Shown here: piece by piece, positions 21,369 through 33,991 of the stretch
Layout: each line of letters opens with the position of its first letter
Numbering within the stretch: the first letter of the stretch is position 1
Assembly: GCA_964187785.1 (NCBI GenBank)
Contig: OZ076409.1
Location: forward strand, 40,984,001-41,048,000
Source of the DNA: Amphiscolops sp. MND2022
Lineage: Eukaryota
Direction: 5' to 3'
Length of the DNA: 64,000 nucleotides
Position numbers and translations under genes: made by a program
Notes under the pieces: model-generated
Database searches by the model: none
Told to the model about the DNA's origin: nothing
The model's input: only the letters and a program-made list of their open reading frames with translations

Positions 21369-23480
21369 TTTCCGCCCCTAATCCATATGGGAAAGGAAAA
21401 TATTTAAATGAAACGGTTTTTTTACAAAATTTGCCAACCACCAAATTCATATTCAACTTTAAGGGTGTTACCCATAGAATTCAACTCACAAAAATTTCGC
21501 TTCGCGCGATATTTATTTGCAGAGATTTTAAGAGTTTTTTGAGAATGACAAAAATGACCCCATAATGACCCCGGAAATGACAAAAATTCCAGAAATTCCC
21601 ATTTTTAACAAAAAGGCATTTTTGACAATTTTTCGATAGACATCGTGAATTAGCATGTTGAAAATGTTCTACAAGGCAAGAATTCGTTGTCCAATAGTCT
21701 TTTATGTAGAGAAAAAAAATGACAAAAACCAAAATTTTCCAACTTTCAAAAATTATCTGCAATTTTTGTCAAATTTTCGAGAGACTTCGTGGATTGGAAG
21801 GTTGAAACGTTCGACAAGGTAAGAATTCGTTGTCCAGTAGTCTTTGATGAAGCGTTAACTGCAGTTTTCTAAAAGAAAAATATCTCAAGCTGACACAGAA
21901 AAGGACAAGAAACCCAAAAAATTCCGATTCTCACCATTTTTCTTCAAATTTGAATATGGTCAAATTATCGATAGACTTCGTGGACTAGATTGGTAAAATC
22001 TCTAAACAATGGAAGAAATTTTCAGTGAGCTTTGTCAAGAGATAAATAAAACCCAGAGATTGTCGAAAAAGTTGGTTTTTGGTCGTTCTGATGCATTTCT
22101 TGAAAATTTCCGGCAGATTGCGTTAGAAGTTGGAACACAATCAAATATGAAACATCGAGCTATGCAGTACACATTTGAGAAGAACGTTGCAGCGTTTTGA
22201 TTCAGAAACACTCCAGAATGACTCCAATTGAGTCGAAAAGTTGGAAAATTTCAACATCTTCATGTTTTTATGCAACTTATGTGTACTTTTTGAATCGTGT
22301 CGGAGTTATAATGTTGGCAAACGTTTAAAAAAGATTGAACTCATAATCCAGTAAACTTTTAAAAATTGCGGACTTCGGTGGAAAAGTGGCACAAAATTGA
22401 CAGCACAAAGTCGAAAGTGTCAGAATTTTTGCCGATTTCTTGCACTTCCAGTGGAGTTTTTATTGAGATTAGAACATTTTTGTGAGATAAAAGCTTCAAA
22501 AGGTTCCAGATGATAAACTTAAGTCCGCAGCACGTTTAAAAATGCATGTTGTACATGAAAATTTCCTCAGAATGACCCAAAAAATGCAAAAACAGCGAAT
22601 TTTCAAGTTTTTTATATTGTTTTTTGTACGTTTTTGAGCCATTACTTCCTTGCATTAAGAGCCTTCGTAAATCAGAAAGGACCAATCCTGGTATCCATTA
22701 GACGTTTTTGAAGATATAACTGCGGTTTCTTGTTGGAACTGGGCTTAAAAAACAAAAATCGGAAAAACTACAGAAAAGCAAGTTTTTTGACAAATTAATC
22801 CCAATTTTTGTTCAAACCACGAAAATGTTTGTGGAATAGAACTTCCATTGACCTGAAAGTTGAAACAATAGGGTATTCAAAAGCAATTTGGGAAAGAAAG
22901 CGGGATTAAACTTTCTGAGTTTACATTGAAGATGTCGATATTTCCGAAATTCTTAATATTTCGACAACCTAGTCCCAATTTTGGACACTTTCCTGAAATT
23001 TTCTTCAACCAGGAAACCCATAGCCTCAAAATTGAAACGTGTAGCTATCATTAGTGTTTCGAAAAGATATCAGATAGGTTTATCTGCATATTTTTTAATG
23101 ACTTTATCAGAAAACAAATATTGTTTTTTGACCTATTTGTCATATTTTCAATCTTCAGTAGGCTTCAAGCAAAATCACTGAATATGAAGTTCACTTTTCA
23201 AAAAAAATTTTTGCAGTTTTCCGCGGAAGAAGAAAACCAGTGAAAGACGGAAAAGTAAAAAAAATACGTTTCCCGACAATTTTCTTATAAAACGTTCGAG
23301 CTACTTCGTCGGTTAGAATGGTGTAAACATTCAACAACAACTAAACTCGTTCTCCAGTAGGCCTTATTTTGGAAGAGAGATCTGTAGTTTCATGTTAAAA
23401 GGGTTCGTCAAACTGACCTCAAAGTTTTTGAAAATATTCACATTTTTCCGATTTTTGACGCTTCTGTTGAAACTATGTGC
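21369..23480 (+). repeat. Interspersed element with conserved head and degenerate ~145-190 bp tandem units (copy 1)
   Basis: Head CATATGGGAAAGGAAAATATTTAAATGAAACGGTTTT..CCCATAGAATTCA matches 60942-61170; recurring ATTCGTTGTCCA-like motif. Right boundary approximate. Confidence 0.6.
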
Positions 23481-23879
23481 AAGAAAATAACAAGCCGGGA
23501 CCGGCACAAGTTGGCGCCCCGCTCAAGTTCCTTAATTTTGCAAAGGACCCTAGTTTCATACTTCTACCCTTTCCTCACAGCCATTAAATTATCTCAAGAC
23601 ACACGCCTTAGACACGGAAACCACTTTTTCCCCAAGAGGAATCACAAAAAATTTTTTTTCAAAAAAATTTTACGGTAAAAGTTCCAAGATGGCAAAAAAA
23701 GGTTCCGCTCGCAAAAGTATTGTTCTCAAGCTGAAATCAGCATTGAAAGCAAGGGGGTAGCCTTCAAACAGATGAAAGTTTCCGGAAAAACGCAGAGAGG
23801 TGGAAAAAAACGACGTATTGTCCACAATCATTAAGAAAACTCGTTACCTTTAAATCTCGGGAAACCTATTTCTATTACA

Positions 23880-24405
23880 AACAAGCCGGGAACGGCCCAA
23901 GTCGGCGCCATATCTAAGGCTCAAAAATAACAAAAGGACTTCAAAGTGTCAAGTATTCTCTTCTACAGTACCCGTTTGAGGAAAAACTGAAAAAAATCCA
24001 ATTTTTTTGAAATTTTTCAAATTTTTTTCGTCTCCCGTAAGTCGCATAGTTCCGAAACATGTGAAATGGGGCCCTTTGGAAGTTTTTTAACATCCATTCT
24101 TCTGCAAAACAGACAAAAAATGAAGGGTGGACCCTTTGGAGATATTTGCGAAAAAAGTCTCACAAAGCCGAAAAAAATTTGCACAAAAAAATTTTGGTCA
24201 TGGCGGGACTCGAACCCATGTCATTCTGCTTGTCAGACCTCGAAAAAGCCGTAGTGGCCAAGTGGCAGTGAAGTAGTGTGACACAGTTTAGTGTTAGTGC
24301 CGGTTTAGTGCCAACTTATAAAATTTATAAAATCTGTCAGTTCGTTGGTCTTAAAAAAAGTAGTCACTTCTATAGTCTGCGTTTTTCTTCGAAAAGCGCC
24401 GACTA
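23880..24405 (-). mobile_element. DINE-1/Helentron-associated non-autonomous element (HINE-like)
   Basis: On +: AACAAG, hairpin GCCG-GGAA-CGGC, subTIR AGTCGGCGC ... GCGCCGACTA at the other end. Confidence 0.7.
24194..24240 (-). other. tRNA-derived 3'-half fragment (B box) inside the HINE; not a full tRNA
   Basis: Minus strand reads TCTGACAAGCAGAATGACATGGGTTCGAGTCCCGCCATGACCA; no D-arm or acceptor 5' strand seen. Confidence 0.45.
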
Positions 24406-25226
24406 AAAACCTCAAAGAATAAAAATTGCCAAAACTGTTTTCCAAAAAAGTAAGTCGCATAGTTTCGAAAATCGAAAAGTGGCCAGGTTTCGCAGATATG
24501 ATAAATTCCGTGTTTCCTTTAAAAATGGACTAAGATGAGTCAAAGCTTTCTTTTCTTCGAATTCTTTTGCGTTTCCATAGTGCATTAGCAACTGTTGAGC
24601 CTCAAGTTCAGGTAGTTGTAGAACAGGTTGGGGCGGACAAATCTCGCTGCTCAACGGGCGTCTTGTTCTAAAGAGGTGCCTCTCTAGAGTCCAAATATTT
24701 TTAGCCTAAATTAGTACACAGTATCGAAAATGTTCTTTTCAAGAAAATTTTAACAATCAAAATGGTCTTATGACTCGGTCGACCTCACTCTGGGACGCTT
24801 TCCGCTCCTCCACGTCAGTTCTCATCCAAATCTGCGCGGGTCAAATAGTGACTTTTAGCAGACTTTATTAAACATCACTTCTTTTTAAACATGCAGCTGA
24901 CACGTCACCAAATTTACCGCCATTTTAATGCGAATCAACTTTATTCGCAATAAAAACTAGAATAAACTTTAGCGTCACTCAAAAAGCGGCAGTTATATCA
25001 AATATGTATTTGAAAAATCAAAGTGTGAGACTAACGAAACCGTGTTCATAACACCCAGGACATACTTTCGATCTCATTGCAGTCATGAAAAGCGCAGTTT
25101 AATCCTAACGGTTTTCACTGAATTTCAAATCTATTACAAATTACACGGCATGCAGACCTGGAACATTTAGCAAGCTTCAGCGATATCGACTATGGAGAGA
25201 ATTGGTCTTACACATTTCGTTTCCAT

Positions 25227-25670
25227 CCCTGGTTGAAATTGCTGGAACTTTTTACAAGCTTCTCTAGGTTACTAAGCTATTTTTCTTAATGTTAAGGAAA
25301 CTCTCATGCAATAAAATTTCACTGCTTCAATTTAATTATATGACGCTGCCTATCAAATGCATTTCAAATTTGACGGCAATACCGAGCCGCTACGTTTTGC
25401 AGGTTTCATTAAGCAGCAGTTCTTATTCTAAAAGCAGCTGAGACCTCATCAGTTTTACCGCGATTTCAATGCAAATAAATTTTAGTCACATTATAAATCA
25501 TAGTTGCATCAAATTCAGCGTGTTATTTGACCAACGGTATTATACAAGGTACTTACTTTTCAAATAGCAACCGCGCCAAAACTACGCGTTGAATTTCTAC
25601 AACCAAGACCCACTATATATTTTAATCTAATATAGCAATCATCTTCAAGCATATTCAAATGCATTTTGCC
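25227..25670 (-). mobile_element. Inverted, older partial copy of the CMC-type MITE
   Basis: Begins CCCTGGTT; reverse-complement similar to ~25830-26210. Confidence 0.6.
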
Positions 25671-25674
25671 GTCA

Positions 25675-26210
25675 CCCTAGTCGAAAGTTTTACATGCTGC
25701 ATCCATGTATGCATTATAAATTTTGGATAAACTTTGAAAATACTGAATGCACTCATGCATAAAGTTTGTAGGATTACAATGCACCTTTCACTGTTTCATT
25801 TAAAACTGAAAGCATTTCTACTTCTTCACCGCCGCGATCACTTTGTTTTCACGCCTGAGTTTTTCAAGTATGTACCTTATGTAATCACCGTTAGTCAAAG
25901 AGCACGCTGAATATGACGCTACTTTGGAACTTATGATGTCACTAAAGTTTATTTGCCTTGAAGTTGCTGTAAAGTTATTGAGGTCACAGCTGCTTCTAAA
26001 ATTAGAATGGAATCTCAATGAAACCTGCAAAACTTCGCGTTTCGGCATTGCCGCCAAATTAAGGATGCATTTTATAGGCAGCTTGATAAAATTAAATTGA
26101 CTCAGTGAAATTGTATTGCATCGAAGTCTCCTTGAGAATTTTATAAAATCATGAAAAATTAGGCAAGTAACCTACAAAAACTTTTACAAAGTTCAGGCTA
26201 TTAACCAGGG
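25675..26210 (+). mobile_element. CMC/EnSpm-type MITE (536 bp)
   Basis: Termini CCCTAG...CCAGGG (CMCWR type), 2-bp TSD CA/CA; homologous to 49917-51122. Confidence 0.7.
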
Positions 26211-27460
26211 CAACTCGAATCTTTGGCAAATAATTTAACATTGATAGAATCTGCAGTAGAAAGTCTTTGTGAACTTTAGTTTTGCACAAAAAACGATTCC
26301 TAGCAGAAGTCCATATGGTTTTTTCTTTTGCTATTTGTTAAAATTTTGACATTGTTTTTTTTTCGAGAAAGTTTGCCTTAGAAAATGTCAGAGTAGTATC
26401 GTGATGCTCCCTCACTTGTGACGCTTTTTTGTGCTTCCACTTGAAATTTTTATAGGAGGAGACAAGCACTAATGTACCTATGTTAGAAAGCGGAAAAATG
26501 ACGTCTATCCGTTCGAGGTTTTCATTATTGATGAATCTTTAGGATGATTTGATGCTTTTACGTTGATCGTAGAAAGCAGTTGGTATTTTTTTGTGATTGA
26601 TTTTAATTCAGAATCTTGACAGTTGCATAACAATAGCTCCCAACGTTTCCGTTTCTTTATGCTTCTCGTGTTTTCCTCTTCTGTGTTATTGCAAGCCTTC
26701 ACTGTGAAAAAACACCGCTGTCTCTTTTTGCTAAAAACAGAAAATTTAGGAAAAAGGTCGCTCATGATTTTAAACAAACCATTTCGATTTTAAAATTTCA
26801 TTCCATGCTTTGTCAGTACAAAACTTTAAAACTCTCTCAATTACTTTTTGAGCTTATGCGCAAAACTCATCTTCAACTAATAATCACACTTTTTCAGATC
26901 TCTTCACACAAAACTTACTCTAGAAAAATTCACGTAGAAACGGGATCTTCTGCATTTTTTTCTCAAAGTTGAATATTGGTTCCAAATGGATTCAAATACC
27001 TTGAGCATGAAGAAGTGACGCAGTCTTTGTTCAAATCTTGGACAAGTGACGCAATCACTTGCAATCGTTGATAAAAGAAAGCTTTTGTTTCTGCCGGTCG
27101 CCTTGAAAACTGTTGAATAATTAATATTTCACGCCTGCGTCTCGGACATCACAAGGAAAAAACCTTCTTTTTTATGTCAACATGCAAACAGAAGTTGCCC
27201 GGATCAGGTGTTGAATATTGGGTGTCACATTTTATTTAGCCCAGCAACGAATTGACGCAGATTGTTTTACTTTGATTTATTCTACAGAATTATATTACAC
27301 CTAGTCCGAAATTCTTGTAAATTTAGTCACTATTTCCTTTCCTATCGCATACAGTTACTGCACTCTTTATATATACAATTACTACACTTAAGGAATTCCA
27401 AATACAGATTTTTCGTTTCCAATCGGGTAATTAGTAATGTTTAGTTTCCTTGATTTACAG

Positions 27461-27515
27461 GATGCTGCCAACCCTGAAGACGCAGCCGCTGACCTGACTG
27501 ATGACCTAATACAAG
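27461..27515 (+). CDS. Calmodulin-like gene, first visible coding exon (DAANPEDAAADLTDDLIQ-E)
   Basis: tttacag|...caaG|gtagg; 55 bp, phase 0 to 1, the same phases as calmodulin exon 2; ADLTDDLIQE parallels DQLTEEQIAE; joins 52186 in frame. The ATG exon was not located. Confidence 0.75.
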
Positions 27516-28997
27516 GTAGGCACCGTCACTCAATTAAATTTTCAAACTCTGGTTTCCTCTTTTGTTTGCTTTCTGATTGATTGTTTGGTTTTTCTTTACC
27601 CAATATATCTGTTTTCTGAAGTATTAGGATGTCGCCGTGTATTTTTTGGCAGTCTTTTCTTTGAAAACAGCTTTATGTCGATTCACGTCTTTAAAATGCT
27701 TTTTATAGAGCGGCCATGCAAAACATTGTATAACTTGCTTGCATCGTAGAACTTCAAGCTGAAAAATTTTGAAAGATCTAATTCCGAAGTTGATAGCAAC
27801 ATACCAACCATGGTAAGATCTTTGCACGATGTTACGCAAGATCCATAAAAGGAGAACCCGGATAACTATGAATGCCAATGCTTATATACCCGCATCGATA
27901 GTTCTTTGCATTCCTGTCATAAACCATTTTACTGTGCGGTGTTCTTGTTGGTAAGATTTAGGGAAAAGCAAACATAGGTTAAAATAATGAATTTCTGTTC
28001 AATTTACTAAAATGCTGAGATACCTCTTGTACTCTACTTAAGAAATTTAGCAAAATGATTTTGCATTAAATAATCACGGTCAGTTTTATCAGACCGGTCA
28101 TGCATTAGATGGTATTAAAGTGAATTCTAACCTGTGCCATGTTAAACCTCAAGTCTTTCTACATCACATTGCGTCCGCTCACGAGACTGCGTGATCTACT
28201 TCCTCTTCAGAATCGAGTATAACGATCACTTACCCAAGGACGTCGCATCATCAATTCATTTCTGGCTATTCTAGGCACAATTCCAAATACTTCAGCGAGA
28301 CCTTTCCTGTAATTCGAAACTGTTTCGATTTAATATTTCCGATGGAGTAATGCATTGCCCCGTATTTTACAACCGGGATAGCATTTCTGTATGCTCTTCT
28401 AATATTTTTCACACATGCCATCCTTTTGGGCTGTGGTGTTTCGTTCTGAGCATCACATTCCTACGTTGACTGAGCGAGATCCACCGGTAACTCGTCGCAG
28501 CTCTTCTACCATTCACTTAAACCGGCTTTTTCTGAATTTGTTAGTATCCGCTCGATTTTTCGTAATCTGTCAACGACCCCTCTGAGATATCGTCCAACCA
28601 CATGGGTGCTTCAACATTCAGAGTTTTGTCTACTCTTTGCTGAAATAACAGTAGCATGTGCGTAAGCCAGTAGAGCCTTAGCTAAATCAGTAAAATCATG
28701 TAAAAACGCTTCCGCTGGTCGGAATGAAGCTATGATCATGGGAACACTTTATCAGCTTCATCTAGCCAAATGCATAGTAGATGTCTCCTTTAGAAATCAG
28801 GAGGTCTATATCTCTCTTGCGATTACGTTTGAAAATTTGTCAAAAATTTGATATTTGTGTCTTTGGGTCTGTGGTCTTACATTGTAGGTTATATTTGCCT
28901 CTGACAAAAATAACCGCTCTTTACGTCAGTAGATGTTTCGATCTGACCATTTTTCAATGAAGTCTTCTGTTAATCTTCCACCGCTTGATGTAAATGA

Positions 28998-29059
28998 ATC
29001 AGTATAGGTCTCGCTTTCTGATTATGTATACATAATCAGAAAGCTAGACCTATACTGAT
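28998..29059. repeat. 62-bp loopless palindrome (1 mismatch)
   Basis: ATCAGTATAGGTCTCGCTTTCTGATTATGTA | TACATAATCAGAAAGCTAGACCTATACTGAT. Confidence 0.95.
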
Positions 29060-32000
29060 ATAGGGTCTTCATCTGGTTTTAAATGTATATCCACTTCTAT
29101 ACCTTTGATCGTGTAGTTCGTTGTGAGAATTTTGTTTTTTTTTCCTCCATTTTTCTTGTTCATTGTTCCAGTTGTTTAGTTTTTGCATGACTGATCAGTG
29201 TGGGGGATAATTGGCAATTTCAGGCCTGTTTTCCATCTGATCCTTATCGAGGAACGGTTGATGTCTTTTTTAAAGGTTTGTACCGTAACAGTTGATTTTC
29301 CAAAGGAAGCATATCTTTACTTTAGCTCTCGTTCTTGTTTTTTATTCGTTTTTTGTTTTTGTGTAATTCCAGAATAAATTGATTAAATCATTGTTAAGTT
29401 CGTAGATCGTGTTTTTGATGACCTTCGTGTTATGATTTTGTTACTATTATCATTCATATTACGGTTGTCTATAAAGTCTTTTTTTGATCGGAATAACTGT
29501 TTTGGTCTACGAACGTGATGATAGCCGCGTCTTCTGCTGTTCGTCGCGCCTCCTTTTGTTGCTTTTCAGTCATATTTTTACGTGCCGGCGTAGATTGCTC
29601 ACTCCCAGGGATCGCTCTCGTCTGTTTTCATTGGTTTTCTTCCTTCCCTCTCGTATACCATTTCTGAAGTAAAGATGTTACCGGTGTATTGACTCGTTTC
29701 TGGTGTTTTATCTTAACTGCGTCTTTTGTTATCGTGTGTTTTCTTCCAGGCACGGCAATTTTTGGTTTCGTTGCGTACGTACTCTCGAATTTGTCTCGGT
29801 TTTGTCTCTTCTCTAGGAATAGGTACTGGCAATTATTACTTACAGCTTCTTTCAACGTTCTAGACTGATCATGTTGTCTATCCTCTTTTGAGAAGAGAGC
29901 AAACACTTGTAATGTCTCCAGTTTCGCCGACACGACACCGGTTTCGACATTTGGTGATGAGTTTAAGTAATTATTTGTTTCTATTCTTAGTTTTGGTTTA
30001 TGATGCCACTGGGATGATGATTCTTTAATTCGTGAATGGACAGTTGTTCTCACGGTACTTAGTGATCGGAATAATGCTTCGGTTAGAAAACACCTGTCTC
30101 GTAATTTAGTACGCATCTATTCTCTCATCGTGTTCATGCCTTTTTCGACTATTACCGTCGCTGTATTATGTATATATGGTGTTGCATGTATTAATTTTCT
30201 GCTGAGGGTTTCCAAAAGTCTTCGAGCTCCCGTCTTGTAAAGGCCGTGAATTTATCTGTTTTAATGGTTTTTCGTATGCCATTTAATATTATGTTTTGTG
30301 CGAGAAACATTTTTCTTGTTTTATTGGTGTGTGTTTCGCATATGCATGCTGCTGGTTATCTACTGCATCAATCCATTCAATTTAGAACGTTAAATCTTCA
30401 TTGCCTAAATCTAATTGATCCAATGAAATCAACATGGACCTTCTGATTTGGTTTCTTGATCGCTGGAGAATAGTGTTCTTAGTCGGCGCCTTTATTAGTA
30501 AAAGAGCCCGACTATTACAGTCACCCGTTTTTTTCTTTTTTTTGACAGACTTGAAGCGATGATTGTTAACGTTCAACTAGAGGAAACGAATACCCGGGAA
30601 ACGCATCTAAGTTGTTCCAAAGGGTCCTCTGGTTTTTTTATTTATTGAACGTAACCTACAAAATCGGACCGGACTAAAGGATCCTCTCTTTCTATTTTTT
30701 CGGCACTTGGCGACTGTTTTCCGAAAATTTTTCTGTCTCCAGAGAGTACCCCTTTTGGTTTTTTTTTCTACTTTTTAAACGTAGCCTACAAAACCGGATG
30801 AGTGTAAAGGTACCCCCATTTTTACTTTTTCAAGGAAACCTACAAAACCGGACGTGCCCAAATGGTCCTCCCTTTGGATTTATTCGGCACGGTGCGATTG
30901 TTTTCCGACATTTTTAATTTCCCCAAGGGTACCCCCTTCAAGTTTTTTTGATATTTTTTCAAATGAATGTTTGTTTATAAAACCAAAGGTCCCCCTTTTT
31001 TGGGTACTGTACGACATTTCAAAAATTTCAAGTACTTTTCAAGAAAATGTTTTGCGCTTTTTGAGACTTAGATATTGCGCCGACTTTAGACGTTCTCGTC
31101 TTGTTGTGCCTTTGGTAATTGAGGTTCTATACCCTTACCTGCCATTTTGCATGGTTTGCTTTCGTCACACGTTTTTGCATTTCCAAAATGATTCCGCTGC
31201 AGATGTGATCTTTTTATGGGGGTTGGTATTGTTTCCTTGATCCAATTGTCATTCTGTATTTGCCAGGTTTTGAGTGCTTTTTCCATCTGTTAGTTAAGAT
31301 TAAAGTGTCGTCTTTTTGTCTTTTCGTTCGAGATGCTCAATTTACCGCCATTACAATTCACTTAAGCTGTTGGTTGCGGTTTTTTAGTTTTGTAATGAAC
31401 CGTGCTGGTAGCAACGAATTGCGATCTGTTAGTTTCGTTCATTTTGCTAGAGATCCGATTCGTTCTTTGTGAGTGGTCGGTTTCTCGATCACACTTCTCA
31501 AAGCGGCCATTTCGCTTTTCTTTCTTAAATCGTGCATGATGTCATAATTGTTGATGGCCTCAAGTAATGGTATAATACTTCTGATTGCGTATTGGTTTTG
31601 GATTTCCACACAAGTATTATGTTAATCCCAGGTGTTCGTCTGCGTGATGTTTTATCTTGATGTCAAACTGTGTCCAGCCATCTTGTTAGTCTGGCGCTGT
31701 AGGATTTGGTCGTTTTATTCTTCTTTATTGACAGTTTTAGCGTTTGATGGTCTCTTATTAGTTCTATCGGTCTTCCGTTTTTTGTATAGTCGGAACAAAT
31801 CCAGTCCCAGTCTACCGCGAGTAACTCCAGATCGCTTATCGCATTTTTTTTCTATGTTCGATCTAAGTATGCTTGCATATCCAACCAGCTTGAAAATTTC
31901 GTATTTTTGTATCTGCCGAATCGTTGCTCCCAAATTTGTTCTGCAGCTGTTATTGTATTCTCGTTATCTGCCTTGTAGTGTGCTAAGCATGGGATACTTT

Positions 32001-32700
32001 TGATGCATTCTTTTATCTTGTTGAAGACTTTTGTATGTTCTTCCGTCCCATTCAACTCGCTTTGCTTTTTCAACAATTTCCCTATTTCCCTAGTGTGTCG
32101 AAGTTAGCCGACGGATTTGGATTCATTTTTGGGAAGTGTAAAAGGGCTCCAAAAATGACTTGAGTTCTTCTTCAATCTTTTTTCTTTATTTTTGTTATCG
32201 ATTCCAGTTTGTGTTGTAGCGGTCGCATCGTTTGTTGATCTATTTTGTGTCCAACCCATTAAAATCCTGCTTCAAAAACTCGCATGTCTTTGGGTTTTGT
32301 CTATCCGCTATTGACAAATTGATAAAAGGTCCGCCTGTCCGTAAAATCCACATGAGAAAAGGTAATATCTTGTGAACTCGCCACCTGTAACAGTGGATAT
32401 GCATTGGTTTTTAATGTTTTTGTCTTATTTCATCTGGTCATATGCATTATCGCAGATCAAATTGGTTGCGAGAATTTTGCCGTATACGCCTCCAGATCTC
32501 TTTCCTGATAATCTTGCTGTTAGTTTGTTCGTGTTTGGCAATTACATTTTTATTTTCACTGTTCTTCATTGAGTTTTTTGTTAGTGTCGACGGCCCTTTT
32601 TTCATTTGTCTTCGTTTGTGGTGAGTACTGCTGTGATTACATACGAATCAATCTTCTGTAGTTTCTGCAGCCGTTTCTAAATATCCATTTTGTTTTAGTC
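29060..32700 (-). mobile_element. Heavily decayed, rearranged Gypsy (Mag-like) pol remnants
   Basis: Minus-strand fragments KIKECIKSIPCLAHY (RT/RNase H linker), KLVGYAS..EKK, SKPCKMAGKGIEPQLP (integrase Zn end) and TIKGIEVDIHLKPDEDPI (post-protease) resemble the element at 41860-47745; interrupted by a HINE at 30480. Confidence 0.7.
30480..31105 (+). mobile_element. DINE-1/HINE-like element
   Basis: TAGTCGGCGC..GCCCGACTA inverted repeat at left; GCGCCGACT, hairpin AGACG-TTCT-CGTCT and TGTT at right. Confidence 0.75.
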
Positions 32701-32703
32701 TTT

Positions 32704-33080
32704 TATTCGGTGCTTTTCTTGATAAGAGTCGACTATAGTCATGGTTTTTCGTCACTGTTTTTTTATTTTTGTTTTTCGATACACCTGAAGTGACCAAAGT
32801 AGTTCTACCAAAAGTTCAACAAAATTCTATATTGCCTCTGTTGGCCCGGGGACCTGAACCAAAAAGGTTTCCCGCGTAACATACGATACCGAACGAGACC
32901 AAAGTGTCTCACTTTTCAGTTTTGTTCGGCAATGCGAGAATTTTTTTCGGAAAATATTCTTTTTCCAATGGGTCCCCACAACTTTTTCGGAGTTTTCGAC
33001 AAATTTGATGTTGCGAAATCCCAAAGTGTCCCCCTTCAATTTTTTTGGCAACGTGGACTTTGGGCCAGTCCCAGCTTGTT
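32704..33080 (+). mobile_element. DINE-1/HINE-like element, degenerate
   Basis: TATTCGGTGCTTTTCTT..GTCGACTA left end; CAGCTTGTT right end; internal similarity to other copies. Confidence 0.5.
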
Positions 33081-33311
33081 ATTCTTTTGCCTCTTGACCT
33101 TGAATATTTTTTGTGATTTAATTAAAACAAACGTTAACTATTAAATTGCGTTCCACCAAACCCGCAATCAAAGGCCTTAAAATCGAACAAGTTATTAAAC
33201 TTGAGTCGTTTCCGAAGTACATATGAGATCGCGAACCTTTCTTAATTGACTGGTACAATGAATTCGAAAACTTTTGAAGACTTCTTTTGAGTTCTTATAT
33301 GTAAAACCAAA

Positions 33312-33801
33312 AACAAGACGGGAACGTCTCAAGTCGGCGCTATATCTAGGCTCAAAAAGCGCAAAACATTTTTTTTGGAAAAAAACTTGAAATTTTCGGA
33401 AAAAAATTTCTTTCGGAAAATGTCGCACAGTGCCGAAAAATGTAAAAGGGGGGACCCTTTTTGATTTATAAACCCGCATTCTGTAGCAAAATAACAAAAA
33501 ACTCAAAGGGGGGACCCTCTGGGGACAATAAAAAAATTTTGAAAAAAAGTCTCACAGTGCCGAAAAAAAAATCGAAAGGGGGGGGGGAACTTTAGTCCCG
33601 TCCGGGCTTGTAGGTAACGTTTAAAAAGTAAATGAATGCGCTCCCCGTTTGCCTTTAGCGGTCCAGTAGTTTAGTACTGTATTTAGTAGTTGAACGTTAA
33701 TTTTAACGTTCGTCGCTTCGAGTCTGTCTTAAATAAAAAAAAATAAAAAAAAACGAGTGACTGTGATAGTCGGGCTCTTTTCTTAAGAAAAGCGCCGACT
33801 A
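33312..33801 (-). mobile_element. DINE-1/HINE-like element
   Basis: AACAAGACGGGAACGTCT-AGTCGGCGC ... AGTCGGGC..AAAGCGCCGACTA. Confidence 0.75.
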
Positions 33802-33855
33802 ATAAGTCTACAAAAATACTGTAATTCCCAAGTAATTTGAGGATTGTTTTTCCAT

Positions 33856-33960
33856 GTCATATGTTATAAATCGTATGTTATAAGACGTATGTTTTATGTC
33901 GTATGTTATAAGTCGTATATTATGAGTCGTATGTTCTAAGTCGTCTGTTATAAGTCATCA
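33856..33960. repeat. 14-bp tandem repeat (GTCGTATGTTATAA) x ~7.5
   Basis: Direct reading. Confidence 0.85.
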
Positions 33961-33991
33961 TAAGAAAAACTATACGCTCACCGTGATGAAT

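Noticed and set aside
24194..24240. Functional tRNA gene
   Set aside because: Only the 3' half is present; no D-arm/A box or acceptor pairing.
26500..27200. Possible decayed TE or virus-like ORF (also 36700-37200, 57440-58760)
   Set aside because: Protein-like fragments but no recognisable motif; cannot be supported without a search.
27427..27460. 34-nt micro-intron supplying the calmodulin-like start
   Set aside because: GT..AG is present but no convincing in-frame ATG exon precedes it; the first exon is left unresolved.
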